From contig OZ024740.1 of the NCBI GenBank assembly GCA_964016885.1, forward strand, positions 41,478,001-41,542,000: a stretch of DNA of 64,000 nt, written 5' to 3'. A program made the position numbers and the translations under genes. Shown piece after piece: positions 1-11,988 of this stretch (position 1 is its first letter; each line of letters begins with the position of its first letter). Under the pieces are notes generated by a model. The model did no database searches. It had not been told where the DNA came from and saw nothing but the letters and a program-made list of their open reading frames with translations. Source of the stretch: Eledone cirrhosa. Its lineage: Eukaryota.

Positions 1-223
1 TAATATTTGAAAATTTTACAACTTCTACCGCCGAAGCGGAAAAATATAACAATAACACGCAGGAAAACACAGCAAAAAAAAAACCATTGACATACATACA
101 CATGAAAAAGACATCAACAACTCTACAGATACATCTACACATAAAGTTTCACCTCAACAATGAACTGAGATTTCCAACAAAGATAACAACATCATCAACA
201 GCAACACCACACAAAAAAAGAAA

Positions 224-1407
224 ATGTCTTTCGCTGACACAGTGAACAAGAAACAAGATATTATAAATCTTGATATCTCCAACGCAAGAGATATGCTCCA
301 GCAAGGAAGAAAATTTGTAAAAGAAAGAGGTAGGTTTAGAATTAACTCACCCCTTGAAATAAAGGAAGACACAAACCGCCGATCAGTCACTTTTAGGACT
401 GTGTCAAATTCGTCAAAAAAGCCAACATTTGTTAATCAAGCAGATATAGAAGATTCTTTCAAGGAAATTCTAGCAAATGTCGATTTTCCCCAGCGAGGAA
501 AACAGTACGGAAGTGTTTCCATACTGTTTAAAAGCGAGGCACTCGCCCCAAAAAACTCTGTGACACAAATATTGTCAAAAGCATACACCTTTTTCCCTAC
601 ATACATGGGGAAAAGGACACAAAAAATAAAAATAAAAAACATGCCTCCAAGCATTAACATCTGGTGGATCTTGGTTGGCTTCGTAGAGCCAGAAACAGAC
701 ATAATACTTTCGATACGAAAATCTATTCGACAAAGGTGGGCGGGCACAGATTTGGAGATTCTATTGCAAATGAAACGGGAGAGAATCTCCAAAATATCCG
801 AAAGAGTCGTTATTGATAATAACAACAAAATAAACATTTCGGTAGAAGGACGAAAATTTCATTGCTTTCGCTGTGGTAGCACAGCTCACCTAAAAGCCTC
901 TTGTCCACAAACACACAACAACAACATCATAAAAAAACGCTATTACCAACACCAACACCAAAACAACCACCACCACCACAAGTACAACGACAGACAAAAC
1001 GAGCAACCACACCAAAACAAACAGACACTCAACCAACAACAACAGAAAAAACAGAGACAACACCCCTGAAGAACACATCCCCACTCCATCCCACTCCATC
1101 AAACACTACCACAAACACACATACCGAAACACCACCACCACCACACACCATACCCTTACCCCACACACCTGACGATGATTATTCATCGACGGATGAAGCT
1201 GCTTCTCCTTCTTTAAGTGAAGAAGAGGGAGAACCGCGGAAATCTAAAAATCAAAAAAAGAGACACCACAAAACCTCCCAAACTCCAATCACCAACACCA
1301 ACACACAACCACAGACACAAACAACAACACAAACAACACCACAGTCAAACATCCCCTATCAGCAAAACCAGCACCAACACCACCCCAAACACAAGCACCC
1401 ACCATAA
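224..1407 (+). pseudogene. LINE ORF1 (gag-like zinc knuckle protein), frameshifted
   Basis: ORF 224-1069 contains CFRCGSTAHLKASC (CX2CX4HX4C). A Pro/Thr/Gln-rich continuation lies in another frame (901-1407), directly upstream of ORF2. Confidence 0.8.
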
Positions 1408-1806
1408 AAAGAAAACTCCCGGACGAACAACAAACTAAAACAACACAACAAAAACACAAACAACAATACGCATACATCAACACAAACAACAAGAGTTTTA
1501 TGGAGGTCATCTCCCAAAACCCCAAGGTGGAGACGGAGGGCAAAACTTTCGTCAAGGCAGAATCGTCTCCACACCTTAAACTTATAAGGGTTTCTATGGA
1601 AACCTATAATGACCTTAAAAATAAATTTTCACAGGACGTGGGCAACCCCTGCCACAAACCCATCAATCGCGTCCTGTTAAAATGTTGCCCCACCCCACCC
1701 CACCCCACCCCACCCAATCCAGCACCAAAATGGAAAAACCCGATCTCCAGGAAACGAAAAGGTAAGTGCACCTTTCGTCCCTTTTCTCCAACTCTTCTCC
1801 ACCAAC

Positions 1807-4800
1807 ATGGCTAGTTTACGAGTTGGAACCGTGAATGTGCGTGGCCTAGGGATGCCCTGGAAACAGGGCCAACTTTTAAACGACTTTAGGTCACACAGTA
1901 TGGATGTGATAGCCATCACCGAGTCCAGGATCCACAACAGGCAGCAACTAACCCCCATCTTCGACGACTTTGAGATCTACGCATCTCTCTGGTGGAGGTG
2001 GAGGTGGAGTGGCTGTCATGTTTCGGAAGAACCTGGACGTCGGTGTACAGCAAGTACACTTGGACCCGGAGGGTAGACTGGTAGTCCTAGATCTGAACAG
2101 TATTGGAGGTGGAGCCTTCAGACTGGTGGCCGTTTATGCCCCGACCGGGCAATCGCAATCACGGCTAGACTTCTTTAAGCGTCTAGAGTTTTTTTCTGGG
2201 AACGTCTCTCTCCTTACTTTTAGTGGGGGACTGTAATGGTATCTTAGATGCAGGATGGGACTATGTGGGAGCATGACCCAGTAGAGGGAGGTGCAACAGC
2301 CTCAAAACTTTAATCGGCCAATTCCAACTGGCCGATAGGTATCGACTGGATTTCCCGACTGCACCACAGTGGACGTGGGCAAACTGCAGTGGGACATCTA
2401 GATCGTATTTAGATAGGTTCTTCATTAGAGAAAGGGACAAGGAGATATTAAGCTGTCCACGAATGCACATGGTTGCCTATCAGATCACAAGTTAGTCGTC
2501 TGCTTAGTCAACCGTGACAGAACACATAGACAAGGACCCGGATACTGGAAGCTGAACGTGTCGTTGCCGGCACGTAAAGCTTACAGTGAACGGATAAGTA
2601 GACTAGTCAAGCAACAGTTAACGGGAGCCATCGTCAACAATAGATGGTGGTACTCTCTCAAGAAAGCAATTAGAATAGAATCGATAGGGTATAGCAGAGA
2701 GTTAGCCTTAGAGAAAAACAGAATAGAAAGAGAACTAGTAGCCAAGGTAGAGGAGGCACTTAGAAGTGGCAACGCGGCTAGAGTGTTAGCGTCGAGAACG
2801 GCACTGGACCAGTTCTTCGATGCAAAACACGAAGGCTGCGTGGTCAGAAGCAAAAGACGTGCTCTAGGAAACGAAGGAGCGAAAGCTGTCAGCTGGGCCC
2901 GAGTGGCGAAGGCAAAAGGTGGCAACAAGTCCACGATTCGTTCTTTGAAAGACCAAAACGGACGCATGCTAATTGACCCCAAGCAAATGTGCGCGGCCTT
3001 TCAGTGGCACTTTGCGCGACTGTTTGAGCAGAACGACGGTGAGCCGAACGGGGCAATGGACTTTATTTCATACCTCGACGGCCTGCCGCGTCTCTCGAAC
3101 ACGGAGGCCAAATTCTGCGAAAGACCGATCACGGACACTTAGATACGGGATGCTCTGGGCCGCTGCGGGAAACGCAAGTCACCCGGTCTAGATGGTCTAC
3201 CCTACGAATTTTACATAGGCATGCCGGACTTGTTCTCTGGCGTCCTCGAAGCCGTCTACTTCAATTGGCAACAGAACGAGAGAATTCCCAGTTCTGCAGG
3301 CAAGGGCGTAGTAACGCTGATCAGGAAAGACGAGAACAAGGGGGACGAAATTAACAACTTCAGGCCCATAACTCTGCTCGACACAGAGTTAAAGATTTTG
3401 GCCAAGGTGCTAGCGACGAGGTTGGCACTTGTCGTCGAGAATCTGGTAGGGAAAGCGCAAACGTGTGCAATCCCGACCAGGTCCATACACGACAACCTCC
3501 ACCTCATGCGATACATCATAGAGAGGGTGGGTAGTAAACCCGGCTTCGGTGGGGCTCTGATCAACTTGGATCAGTCTAAGGCATTCGATAGGGCCGACCA
3601 TCGATACTTGGAAGCGGTTCTCAAGGCGACCGGTTTCGGCCCCGTGTTCAGAGGATGGATCGAAGCGATGCACACCAGCATCTGCTCGAGGGTCAAGGTG
3701 AACGGCTACCTATCGGAGCCGTTCGCAATCACGCGTTCCATTCGACAGGGGTGCCCTCTCTCCTCCATTCTGTATGTATTGACTCTAGATCCACTACTGC
3801 GGAAATTGGAGCTGTTGCAGGGCATCCCTCTAGAACCGGGACTGCGCAAAGCGGCGTCGGCTTATGCCGACGACGTGACGGTAATGGTGTCGAGCACCTC
3901 GGAAATCGGGGTGATCGGCAACTTACAGAAAGAATACGAAATGCTGACGGGAGCAAAACTAAACCCGGACAAGTCTGTCGGTTTGCAACTCGGTACGTGG
4001 AGAGGCAAACCGATGACGTCCGACAGCGTCGTTGGACGCTGGACGGACGGACCGGTGAAATTGCTCGGGGTCTGGTTCGGTCCAGACCTCCAGGTGGAGA
4101 ACAACTGGAACGAGGTCACGGCCAAGGTGTTTGCAGTCACCCAGAAGTGGGCAGAGTGCAAACTGTCCTTGAAAGGTCGAGCGGAGGTGGCGAACACTTT
4201 TATAGCGTCCGTCATCTACTACCGCTTGACTGTCGTGCCTTGTCCCCGTGAACACCTCGCCAAGATGGAACGCATGCTCTTCCAGTTTCTGTGGAAGAAG
4301 CAGGCTCCGCTGGTGAGGAGATCCGTCTGCTGTCAGTACCCTTCCAACGGAGGGCTGGGGATACTGTGGCTGATGATGCGCAGACATGCGCTGAGGCTGC
4401 GGCATCTCCAGGTATTCCTCACCGACCCCCAACCGGTGTGGGCACCGTTTGTGAGACAGGCTTTCCCACAGCTCGTCTCGCTGACGGAGCTGCAGTCCTT
4501 GGTGAAGAAAAGACCGAAAACGATGGGCGTCTGGCACATTGAATGCGCTCAGGCGCTCACAGTCCTCTGGCAAGCGGGCGCAGCAATCAGTGGAGACTCC
4601 ACTTCGACATTCTATAGAGGGATTGTACGTTACAAGGGCGACGACGTGCTCGGAGAGACTCTGGGCGTCGAAGACGATGAGTTCACCAGTCTGTTTGGTA
4701 GGACTTTCCGCCAGGGACCTATGGACAACTTCCAGAGGTCCCTGGCCTGGCAGTGCTACCGAGGAGCTCTACCGGTTCGTGACAACATCTACAGGCACGG

Positions 4801-5248
4801 ACGCCCCGGCAGGGATCCTTCCAAGAGGACGTGTCCAAGATGCGCGCAGGACATTGAAACAGTCCTGCACGCAATTGTACACTGCCCGGGCGTAACCGAC
4901 CTGTGGAACTATGCAGAACAACTGCTGTCGCGTATGGGACAAATCCAGTTGACTGTCGAGTCCATAGTAAGGATCAAACCGCCAGCCTCTTTCAAAAACG
5001 AAAGAGAGGCGGTTTTCCTCTGTACGGTGGCTATGGTGAAAGAAGTTATATAGTGGACGAGGTTGAGAGGACTGAGGACAGATGCCTTTCTCTCCGGACA
5101 ACAATTGATTCCCTTCTTTAAGTATCACTTTAGAATGAGAATCAGGGTGGAGAGAGAGGCACTGCACCCCAGTAAATTTACTCAAAGGTGGGTGAATGAA
5201 GCGAAAATGGCCCGAGTGATTGGGCCTTCTCTGTTTATAAGCCTGTAG
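1807..5248 (+). pseudogene. LINE ORF2 (APE endonuclease + reverse transcriptase + zf-RVT), several frameshifts and stops
   Basis: MASLRVGTVNVRGL...DVIAITE (APE start), FRPITLL, DQSKAFD, RQGCPLS, AYADD and CPRC...HAIVHC, split over ORFs 1807-2076, 1970-2236, 2558-3142, 3221-5053 and 5063-5248. Confidence 0.93.
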
Positions 5249-5524
5249 GTTGAAGAAGAGAGCAAAAGGAAGAAAGGAGCACTTTCACAACCCGCTCCTG
5301 GAGTTGAGGGTTGTTCTATCGACGGGGTATTAAACAACCCATTTGCGGCGCCTCCTCCCTATTGGGGATTTCGATTGTTGTAATTGTTTGTTTTTATATT
5401 TTTTACACGACTGTATGTAAAATCCCCGGCATGTCTTTGTATTGTCCCCTTTTCTTATGCGCCCTTGTGGCTACTAAAGAAATATATCTATCTATCTGTC
5501 TATCTATCAATCTATCAATTTATA

Positions 5525-8500
5525 ATACAGACGGTACATTTGGACCCGGAGGGTCGACTAGTGGTTCTGGACCTTGGCAGTGGTGAAGGCGGAGTGTTTA
5601 GGCTGGTAGCCGTCTACGGCACTTTCGGGTCAATGCGGCCGGACCTCTTCCATCGTCTGGAGACTTTTCTAGGGACGTCCCGCTCCTTGCTATTAGTGGG
5701 GGACTGGAATGGTATCCTAGATGCACGCTGGGACTACGTAGGGGCCTGTCCCGATAGAGAGGGGTGTAATAGCCTCAAAGGGTTAATCGGTCGATTTGAC
5801 CTGGCCGATAGATATCGACTAGATTTTCCGACTGCGCCAACCTGGACTTGGGCAAACCGCAGCGGATCATCTAGGTCGTACCTAGATAGGTTCTTAGTTA
5901 GAAATAAGGATAAGGACTTTTTAAGTTGTCAAAAAATGCGCATGGTTGGCTATTCAGACCATAAGTTAGTGACCTGCATGGTCAACCTTGACAGAACGCA
6001 TAGACAGGGACCCGGTTACTGGAAGCTCAACTTGTCCTTACCTGCAAGTAAGGCTTACAGGGACCGGATTAGCACTTTAGTTAAGGAGCGGTTGACGGGC
6101 GCCATCGTCAACAGCAGGTGGTGGGGATCTCTCAAAAGAGAGATTAGAGTAGTCTCTATAAAATTTAGTAAGGAGTTAGCCTCAAATAGAATTAGGAAGG
6201 AAAGTTGGTAGATAGTGTAGAAGAGGCAATTAGAAGCGGCGACGTAGCCAGAGTGCTAACGTCGAGAACGGCCCTAGGCCAGTTCTTCGATGCGAAACAC
6301 GAAGGCTCCATCGTCCGAAGCAAAATACGTGCTCTGGGAAACGAGGGGACCAAAGCTGTTAGCTGGGCCCGCGTGACAGAACCCAAAAGAGGGAGTAGAT
6401 CCACTATCCGGTCTTTGCGAGACCAGGATGGACGAGTGATCCTTGAGCCTAAGCAGATGTGCGAGGCTTTTCAAAAGCACTTTGCCAGATTGTTCGGAAG
6501 GGGCGGGGAGCCGGTTGGGGAAGTGGACTTCGGTCCATACCCCGATGGCCTGCCGCGTCTCTTGGACAGGGAGGCGAAGTCCTGCGAGGAGCCGATTTCA
6601 GCCGCTGAGATAGAGGACGTGCTGAGCCAATGCGGCAAACGCAAATCCCCGGGTCTCGATGGTCTTCCATACGAACTATATCTAGCTATGCCGGACTTGC
6701 TCCCTGATCTCCTCGAGGCGGTCTACTGCTACTGGCAACAGAACGGGAGAATTCACTGTGCTGTGACCAAGAGTGTAGTCACGCTAGTGAGGAAGGACGA
6801 GAACAAGGAGGATGATATAAATAATTTCAGGCCCATAACTCTGCTAAATACAGTTACAGATTTTGGCCAAGGTGCTAGCAAAGAGGTTGGCGCTTGTCGT
6901 GGGAAACCTGGTGGGAGATGCGCAGACATGTGCTATCCCGTCCAGGTCCATCCACGACAACCTCCACCTCATGCGATACATCATAGAGAGGGTTGGGAAC
7001 GAACCCGGCTTTGGTGGGGTCCTGATCAACTTGGATCAATCTAAGGCGTTCGATAGGGTCAACATGGTTACCTGGATGCGGTGCTAGCGGCGGCAGGCTT
7101 CGGACCCGTTTTCAGGGGCTGGATCAATGCCATGCACAGCAGCCGCATTTGCTCTAGGATCAAGGTGAACGGCTACCTCTCGAAGCCGTTCGAAATCGCG
7201 CGGTCCATCCGACAAGGGTGCCCTCTCTCCTCCCTTCTGTATGTAATGACTCTAGAGCCACTGCTGCGGAAGTTGGAGTTGTTGCAGGGCATCCCGTTGG
7301 AACCGGGATTGCGGAAAGCGGTGTCGGCCTACGCCGATGACGTAACAATAATGGTGTCGACGGCCTCGGAAATCGGGGCGATCGGCACCTTACTGGAGGA
7401 GTACGAAAGGTTTACAGGGGCTAAGCTGAACCGGGACAAGTCGATCGGTCTGCAACTCGGCACGTGGAGGGGCAGATCGATGCCCTCCGATGGCGTCGTC
7501 GGGCGCTGGACGGAGGGCCCGGTGAAGTTGCTCGGGGTCTGGTTCGGACCAGACCTCCAGGTGGAGAAGAACTGGGGTGAGGTAACGAACAGGGTGTTTG
7601 CACTGACCCAGAAGTGGGCCGAGTGCAAACTGTTCCTGAAAGGTCGGGCGGAGGTGGCGAACACTTATATAGCGTCCGTCATCTACTACCGCCTGACCGT
7701 TGTGCCTTGCCCAAGGGAAACGCTCGCCAAAATGGAGCGCGCACTCTTCTAATTCCTTTGGAAGAAGCGGGCTCCTATGGTGAGGAGATCCATCTGCTGT
7801 CAACACCCTTCGAAAGGAGGGCTGGGGATGCCGTGGCTAATGATACTTAAACACGCATTAAGGCTACGGCACCTTCAGGTATTCCTCTCCGGTCAACCGG
7901 TGTGGGCCCCGTTTGTGAGGCGAGCCTTTCCCAGACTCGTCTCACTCACCGAGTTGCAATCCTGGGTCAAGCAAAGACCGAGAAAACTGGGCGCCTGGCA
8001 CACCGAGTGTGCCCAGGCGCTCACGGCTCTCTGGCAGGCGGACCCGGCTGTCAGTGGAGAATCCACCTCGTCATTCTATAGAGGGCTGGTGGTTAGCAGG
8101 TGCGACGACGCCCTTGGAGAAGCCCTAGGCATGGAGGAAGACGAACTGGCCAACCTGTTCGGTAGGACATTCAGCCCGGGACCCATGGATAACTTCCAGA
8201 GGTCCCTGGCCTGGCAGTGCTACCGAGGGGCTCTGCCCGTTCGAGAAAAGCTCTACAGACACGGGCGCCCGGGTAGGGACCCCTCGAAAAAGATCTGTCC
8301 CAGATGCGTGTGCGACGAGGAAACCGTTGCACACGCATTGGTACACTGCTCGGGCATTGCCGATCTGTGGGGCTATGTCGAACAACTGCTGTCAAGGGTG
8401 GAACCGATCCGGTTGGCCACCGAGTCTATTGTAACGATCAAGCCGCCTCCCCTCTTCAAAAACGAAGGAGAGGCGGTGTTTCTGTGCGTAATAGCCATGG

Positions 8501-8995
8501 CGAAAGAGGTTGTATGGTGGACGCGTCTGAAAGGACTGAGGTCAGACACCTTTCTCTCTGGCCAACAACTGGTCCGTTTCTTCCGATATCATTTCGGAAG
8601 AAGGATCAGGATGGAGAGAGAGGTGCTGCACCCCAGCCGTTTTTATGAAAGATGGGTGAAATGGCGAGAATGGCCCGTGTGAATGGGCCTTCACTCTACA
8701 TCAGACTATAGGTGAGGAAGATGAAAGATCAAGGGAGCACCCCCTCTCAGTGCTCCTGAGGAGAAGGGTTGCACACTTTTTTTCGGGGGTGTGTGCGACC
8801 TCTCAAGGCGCCTCCTCCTTATTGAGGATTTTGTTATAAAATTTATTTGTTATATTTTATTTTATTTTTATATTTTGTTATTGCCTCCTCCTTATTGAGG
8901 ACGCCTTTTTATGTAAACTCCCCCATTGTACTTGTCCCACTTTTTGATGCCCTGGTGGCAAATAGAAAGAAAATTATCTATTTATCTATGTCTGC
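5525..8995 (+). mobile_element. Second, 5'-truncated L1/Tx1 element (element B), a related but diverged subfamily
   Basis: Begins at tacagacggtacatttggacccggaggg, homologous to ~2046 of element A. It retains GDWN and SDH APE motifs, RQGCPLS, AYADD and CPRC...HALVHC across broken ORFs 5384-8682, and ends in tatctatttatctatgtct. Confidence 0.93.
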
Positions 8996-9050
8996 GAGTA
9001 AGCATACATATGTACACACACACACACACACGCACACACGCCCCCCCCAC

Positions 9051-9449
9051 ATATATAAGGGTGTTAGAGTTTGTTTACGTTATTGTAAAATATGTTTCAA
9101 AAAGCCACTAAAATGCAAACGTAGTTACAAATATCGAAGTAACATTACTAGAAAAGGAAAAAAGAAAGAAAGAAAGAAGGAACATATATAAAACAAAACC
9201 AAAAGAAGGAAATTGAAATGTTATCTTGGAAATATTTAAAATGTTTTAAAATATTAAATATTTTATGTTAGGTATTAAATTCTCCAAGGTAACATTCAGA
9301 TTTCCTTGTTTGGTTGAGTGTTGGTTTCTTTTTTCCCTTGTTTGGTATTTGTAACTACATTTCGATATTTATAACTACATTGCATTTTAGTGGCTTTTTT
9401 TAAACACATTTTACAATAACCCAAGCAGACTACAACACCCTTATATATA
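9051..9449. repeat. Diverged ~400-bp foldback palindrome (MITE-like)
   Basis: atatataagggtgttagagtttg...aagccactaaaatgca...atatcgaa (from 9051) is the near reverse complement of 9361-9449. The inner arms aaggaaattgaaatgttatcttgga / tccaaggtaacattcagatttcctt also pair. Centre ~9258. Confidence 0.85.
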
Positions 9450-9692
9450 CATACATGCATACATACACACACACACACACGCACACGCACATATATATAC
9501 ATATTGTTATACTTCACAATATGTTTCAACACACGTTTTCAGGTTTTCAGATAAGAAATCTTGCAAAACAAATTAAAAAACGATATATACTGTATATATA
9601 TACCCCCCCCCCCCACTCGCAAGCGTGAACCTAATACTAACACTTTGTACTGCCTCTTCACTTTGTTTTTGTTTTTTTTGTTTTCTGTTTTA

Positions 9693-9722
<30 letters not shown>

Positions 9723-9725
<3 letters not shown>

Positions 9726-9904
9726 ATAGGAGCCAGTAGGACCCCGACAGCTGAGCTCAAGCCGTTTCGACGAGAATTAGCCGTCGAAACGGCTTGAGCT
9801 CAGCTGTCGGGGTCCTACTGGTTCCTATTATCCACTCTACTACCTCAAGTATTGAGTACTTTGGTGCGTTATGGTCCACCTGGTTCCTTACCACATTTCC
9901 TTCG

Positions 9905-9906
<2 letters not shown>
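9723..9906 (+). mobile_element. Short PLE pLTR-like insertion with a 5' foldback hairpin, copy 1
   Basis: Near-perfect hairpin at 9723-9831, followed by a tail ending ccacatttccttcgt; bounded by (TA)n on both sides. Confidence 0.7.
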
Positions 9907-9940
<34 letters not shown>

Positions 9941-9945
<5 letters not shown>

Positions 9946-10133
9946 AACCAGTAAGACCCCGACGGCTGAGCTCAAGCTGTTTCGACGGCTAATTCTAGTC
10001 CAGAATTAGCCGTCGAAACGGCTTGAGCTCAGCCGTCGGGGTCTTACTCGTTCCTATTACCCACTCTACTACCCTAAGTATTGAGTACTTTGGTGCGTTA
10101 TGGTCTACCTGGTTCCTTACCACATTTCCTTCG

Positions 10134-10134
<1 letters not shown>
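9941..10134 (+). mobile_element. Short PLE pLTR-like insertion with a 5' foldback hairpin, copy 2
   Basis: Same family as 9723-9906; hairpin at 9941-10057; flanked by (TA)n. Confidence 0.7.
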
Positions 10135-10177
<43 letters not shown>

Positions 10178-10386
10178 ATAATAATAAATTTGAAGACTAA
10201 AATCCAAAGAGGGCTCGATAAGGATAAATATATATATCAAATATATAAGAACCGTAGAGCAAATATTTCAGAAGATCCCGTTAAGGGTGAAAGCACCGAT
10301 TCTTTGCTTAAACTCTAATCTGTTATTTTAATATATATATATATATATATAAGAAGAAATTAAAAGATGGTTAAAAAAGTTCTATG

Positions 10387-10457
10387 TATTTTATTATGCA
10401 CATTTCAAAAACAAATATCATCCTGGGACGATATTTGCGTTCTCATCAGATAAAATA
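10387..10457 (-). ncRNA. Minimal type I hammerhead ribozyme
   Basis: Minus strand reads tattttat-CTGATGA-gaacgcaaatatcgtcccaggatgatatttgttttt-GAAA-tgtgca-TA-ataaaata. Stem I is 8 bp, stem II is long, and the cleavage triplet is AUA. Confidence 0.8.
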
Positions 10458-10971
10458 GGGAGACATGATATGATGCTTAAAAAAACACTTGTGAACAGGG
10501 TAGTGTCTAATCAACATATGATAAATAAATTTAAAAGGATATAGAAGATTGGAAAAAAGGGAAAGGAAGGGGAAAAAAAGGAAGGAAGAGGAAGAAAGGA
10601 AAAAAGAAGGAAAGGATAACGGAGGAAGAGTATAAGAAGGAGGGAGGAGAGAGAAAGAGAAAGGAGAGAGAGAGAGAGAGAGAGATAAACATTTAAACTG
10701 AAAAACGCTGTCTCCACTGAAAAATAACTGAAAAAACGGTTGTAAATTTATAAATAAATAAAAAAATAAAAAATTGATGAGGTTTATGATTGATGATGTT
10801 TATGATTACAGATATAGAAATTAAGTATACTATTTATTTAGGGTTTATATACTGAAGGATTTATTAAGATGCGCGAAAAAGTTTTATTAAAATGTATTAT
10901 TAAGATAAAATAAAGTAAAATAAGATAAGGTGAATAAAAAGGGTTTTTTTAAGCACCATATCATGTCTCCC

Positions 10972-11042
10972 TATTTTATCTGATGAGAACGCAAATATCG
11001 TCCCAGGATGATATTTGTTTTAGAAATGCGCATAATAAAATA
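10972..11042 (+). ncRNA. Minimal type I hammerhead ribozyme
   Basis: tattttat-CTGATGA-(stem II gcaaatatcgtcc/ggatgatatttgt)-GAAA-tgcgca-TA-ataaaata. Stem III is palindromic (ATGCGCAT); predicted cut after 11034. Confidence 0.82.
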
Positions 11043-11163
11043 AATGGAACTTTTTTAACCATCTTTTAATTTCTTCTTATATATACTCCAGTCCAATAAA
11101 TTGTTGAGTGCTACTTATCCGATATTTGCATTGCTTTATTGTTCTACTATGAAACTCACCTCC

Positions 11164-11230
<67 letters not shown>

Positions 11231-11417
11231 CATTGGTATAATGTAACGTAGACAAATATTTTCTCCATTCTCTCTCCATTTTTAACCCGTTAGTTCCATT
11301 CATTCATTCACCATTCTCTATCGTATTTCTCTATCGTATTTTCCAAAACAAATCTTGTGCTTGTTAAATTATGCCCCAAATACGGGGATCTTATTTATAA
11401 CATTACCTTCTCGCTAA

Positions 11418-11581
11418 AGAGCTCAAGCCGTTTCAACAGCTATTTCTGGACTTTTGAAACAAACGGCTTGAGCTCTGCCGTCGGAGTCTTGAACGTTTTC
11501 CTATTACCCACTCTACTACCCTAAGTATTGAGTACTCTGGTACGTTATGGTCCACCTGGTTCCTTACCACACTTCCTTCGT
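11418..11581 (+). mobile_element. Short PLE pLTR-like insertion, copy 3 (more diverged)
   Basis: agagctcaagccgttt...aaacggcttgagctct hairpin plus the same tail as copies 1-2, ending in (TA)n. Confidence 0.65.
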
Positions 11582-11943
11582 TATATATATATATATATTG
11601 CCTCTCTGTTCTGTCCCTGTTCAATTTTTCATTATATATATATATATATATATAAAAACAAATAACGAAACGAAATTAAATTTCGTTTCGCTTCTAACTC
11701 ACTTTTGTATGACAGACGCTTAAACAATTAAGTTAAAGTGTACATCTACATATGTATACGGAAGTATTAGTATGCATATAAATACACACATGTATCCATA
11801 TGTACATGTACTGAGTTTTTCACTAGACACTTTACAGTGAGTGTCAGCTAGTCTGTATGTAACCACACAGACGGACCGGGTTTTAGAGTCATACGAGTTT
11901 TCAAGGAAACACATTTCCTCTATTTTCCAGAGGGCCAGACAGG

Positions 11944-11988
11944 AATATTGGACTAGTTTCGATGTTATTACATCTCATCAGCAATATT
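11944..11988 (-). ncRNA. Minimal type I hammerhead ribozyme (469-bp unit 1)
   Basis: Minus strand reads aatattg-CTGATGA-gatgt-aata-acatc-GAAA-cta-GTC-caatatt. All core nucleotides are canonical; stem I 7 bp, stem II 5 bp, palindromic stem III (ACTAGT), GUC cut between 11951 and 11950. Confidence 0.93.

Larger units (their letters stand above)
1..5524 (+). mobile_element. L1/Tx1-clade non-LTR retrotransposon, near full length, decayed (element A)
   Basis: ORF1 with CCHC knuckle, then ORF2 with APE endonuclease, RT and C-terminal CCHC. The 3' UTR ends in a (TATC)-like tract at ~5483-5520. The true 5' end may lie outside the window. Confidence 0.93.
10341..11085. mobile_element. Element with ~140-bp inverted termini, each carrying a hammerhead (inverted pLTR arrangement)
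   Basis: 10341-10486 is the reverse complement of 10943-11085 with few mismatches; both outer ends are in TA runs. Confidence 0.85.

Noticed and set aside
3256-8395. Antisense and alternate-frame ORFs within the LINEs
   Set aside because: Shadow frames of GC-rich ORF2 with no independent motifs.
10261-10310. Possible hammerhead (cagaaga-tcccgttaagggt-gaaa)
   Set aside because: The first box is mutated and there is no convincing helix III or helix I.
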